Positions 37,336 through 39,712 of a stretch of DNA of 39,712 nucleotides are shown here, in pieces. The stretch comes from Octopus bimaculoides (Eukaryota): positions 169,698,119 to 169,737,830 of the forward strand of contig NC_068982.1 of NCBI RefSeq assembly GCF_001194135.2. Direction: 5' to 3'. Numbering within the stretch: position 1 is the first letter of the stretch; each line of letters starts with the position of its first letter. Under the pieces are notes generated by a model that did not search any database, had not been told where the DNA came from, and saw only the letters and a program-made list of their open reading frames with translations. Position numbers and translations under genes: made by a program.

Positions 37336-37914
37336 TATGCATATATTCACATGTACACTTATCAAAAGATAAACTTATATAAATAGGTCAAATGAAACAC
37401 ATGTGTACTGCCGAAGAGGCTAAAAGATCTTACACTTTAAATATTTTATATATGTATGTATATATAGTTTGTTTTCTCGATTGAAGTTTAGATATTATTA
37501 TAGCTGGCCAACTGCTCGGTGGCAAGGTTTTTGAGAAAAGATATTAAAAATAGTGTTCTTTTTTCCGTAATTTTTGGGGTTCAATCTGCACTTCAAATTT
37601 TACGTTTATTACAATATCTTGCAAATATTTATGTCCTTAGATACCAGTGACCAATTGTAGCGTATGATATACAGAGCTTTCCTCTAGGTGGATTGGTATA
37701 TTATTCATTGCACCAGTAATTGTTTCTATAAAACTGAAAATGTATGTGGGTAGAGATTTGGAGATTTCTCATCAGTGATCTATAGACGTTTTTTAGTCGT
37801 CGTCCCGTGGGCACCTGACTTCTATTTTGCGGTTCTGATCAATAATAACAGTATGTATGATGTATGTATTGTGTCAGATTAGAGGAAAAGGTAAACAGCT
37901 AATAGTAATCATGT

Positions 37915-38160
37915 ACAGCAGTATTATCTGTCTTTTACTAGGACCATCAGCGACGAAACTGCCATCGTTACTCTACGTTCTCACCCTACTCTGTAGAAGG
38001 TGGTAACGTAGAAGATCTTAATAAGGCGAAAATAACCCCGAACCAAAACATCTCTACATACAAGGGCAGACACACTTGATTCATTAAGGTAAGAGGAATT
38101 TGAGATGCCCCAGTGTTTCGATCTCTTCAGTCAAAGTTATTCCCGGATCAATGAATGTTG
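37915..38160 (-). mobile_element. Dispersed repeat carrying a hammerhead-like motif (possible Penelope pLTR or retrozyme-like unit)
   Basis: Sequence resembles a recalled octopus repeat (accatcag.gacgaaa...ctctatacat.aagggcagaca.acttgattcat) and contains the hammerhead fold at 38095-38143. Confidence 0.4.
38095..38143 (-). ncRNA. Decayed type I hammerhead ribozyme
   Basis: ggaa-uaac-uuuga CUGAAGA gauc GAAA cac uggg gc AUC ucaaa-uucc. Stem I is 5+4 bp with a 4-nt bulge and the core is intact, but stem II is truncated and stem III has two mismatches. Confidence 0.6.
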
Positions 38161-38432
38161 ATCATCTAATTTTGTGCCTACTTGAGCTAAACAAGCTATG
38201 ACAAAGTGTCACAGTACAACTGAAACAGAACAGTGTCTCTTGCCAAACTGCTGATACCTCGGAGTATGTTTACCAGAGATGTTTTCATTGCAAACAAACA
38301 CACACTCTCACACATAACAAACATCTACACCCCCCCCACACACACACTTCGATATATTTTCCAGAGATATTCAGAGGATATTATATTTAGCTGTATGAAT
38401 ATTTACCTGAAAAACTGTGGAAATGGAAAAGA

Positions 38433-38486
38433 CTTCTGAGACAGACGTTTCGTTTGACGTTCACATAATCATGAGCGAGTCAAAAG
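38433..38486 (-). ncRNA. Decayed type I hammerhead-like motif (core 5' strand disrupted)
   Basis: cuuuuga [cucgcucAUGA] uuaugugaacgucaaac GAAA c gucu GUC ucagaag. Stem I is 7 bp (one G-U) and GAAAC..GUC is present, but CUGAUGA is broken and stem II is poor. Confidence 0.4.
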
Positions 38487-39304
38487 CTTAGAGAGTGTGA
38501 GATAACAATGAACCTTCGAGTGTTGAATAAACAAACGTCCTGTGCAGATTTAACTTATCATATATTAGGGAGTGTTGGTAGAAAGTTTCGTTGAGCAACC
38601 AATCCATGTACCTCTTAATAGATTTCTGCATATATTTTATATTTTCAAGCATGTTCACAACTTTAAGAATGCATGTATGTAATGCATAGTCATATGAAAT
38701 GCTTTATGATTTGGGCACACGTATATCAATATATAATACCCAATATCATTCTGTGTTATAAGCAAGTCGATTATGTTTAGAATCGTTATATATACATAGA
38801 TATACCCTGTAGTGGTAAGAGTTGCGTTTTTTTCTTCTGAAAAAGCTATATCGCAAATGGAATCTGTGATTCACAGCGCCCTGTAGAGAGGACTCAGTGC
38901 TTTAACAAAGACGATCTAGTTATAGAATGCAGCTAAAAGTATGTTGACTGAACGTACATATATCAGGTGATTTACAACTTAAAAGAAAATGACCCTCCGC
39001 CGACACAATTATATATATATATATATATATATATATNNNNNNNNNNNNNNNNNNNNNNNNNNNNNNNNNNNNNNNNNNNNNNNNNNNNNNNNNNNNNNNN
39101 NNNNNNNNNNNNNNNNNNNNNNNNNNNNNNNNNNNNNNNNNNNNNNNNNNNNNNNNNNNNNNNNNNNNNNNNNNNNNNNNNNNNNNNNNNNNNNNNNNNN
39201 NNNNNNNNNNNNNNNNNNNNNNNNNNNNNNNNNNNNNNNNNNNNNNNNNNNNNNNNNNNNNNNNNNNNNNNNNNNNNNNNNNNNNNNNNNNNNNNNATGC
39301 ATAT

Positions 39305-39464
39305 GCGTAGGAGTGGCTGTGTGGTAAGTAGCTTGGTGACGAACCACATGGTTCCGGGTTCAGTCCGACTGCGTGGCACCTTAGGCAAGTGTCTTCTACT
39401 ATAGTCTTGGGCCGACCAAAGCCTTGTGAGCGGATTTGGTAGACGGAAACTGAAAGAAGCCCGT

Positions 39465-39501
<37 letters not shown>

Positions 39502-39712
39502 ATAAGTTTGTGCGTCTGTGTTTGTGTCCCCAACATCACTTGACAACAGATGCTGGTGTGTTTACGTCCTCGTAACTTAGCGGTTCGGCAAAAGGTACCG
39601 ATAGAATAAATACTAGCCTTACAAAGAATAAGTCCTGGGGTCGATTTGCTCGACTAAAGGTTGTGCTCCAGCATGGCCATAGTCAAATGACTGAAACAAG
39701 TAAAAGAGTAAA
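39305..39712 (+). mobile_element. Near full-length tRNA-derived SINE, family B, with internal (TA)/(TG) tract
   Basis: ggagtggctgtgtggtaag (A box), ggttccgggttcagtcc (B box), gcaccttaggcaagtgtcttctactatag core, internal microsatellite, 3' end aatgactgaaacaagtaaaagagtaaa. Confidence 0.93.

Overview
This is AT-rich eukaryotic (metazoan) non-coding DNA with dense (TA)n/(CA)n/(TCTA)n/trinucleotide microsatellites and 12 N-gaps. The SINE families and overall texture resemble an octopus (coleoid cephalopod) draft assembly; that is an inference from recalled repeat sequences, not a database match. I found no recognisable intact protein-coding gene, rRNA, tRNA or CRISPR array, and nearly all ORF-track entries are microsatellite or N-gap artefacts. 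Interpretable content: tRNA-derived SINEs, Tc1/mariner-, pogo- and hAT-type MITEs, and decayed non-LTR retrotransposon fragments (two R4/Dong-clade, one L1/Tx1-like, RTE 5' ends, a possible Penelope relic). The most interesting signal is a set of self-cleaving ribozyme folds invisible to the ORF track. These are an apparently intact type I hammerhead on the minus strand (7100-7191), two decayed hammerheads about 290 bp apart (38095-38143, 38433-38486), a twister 3'-half at an RTE 5' end (4969-5002), and a decayed HDV-like double pseudoknot (9847-9965). There is also a ~1.5 kb decayed reading frame of unknown family (24450-25946, minus), interrupted by a perfect 20-bp minisatellite. All structures were folded and translated by eye; none was computed or database-checked.
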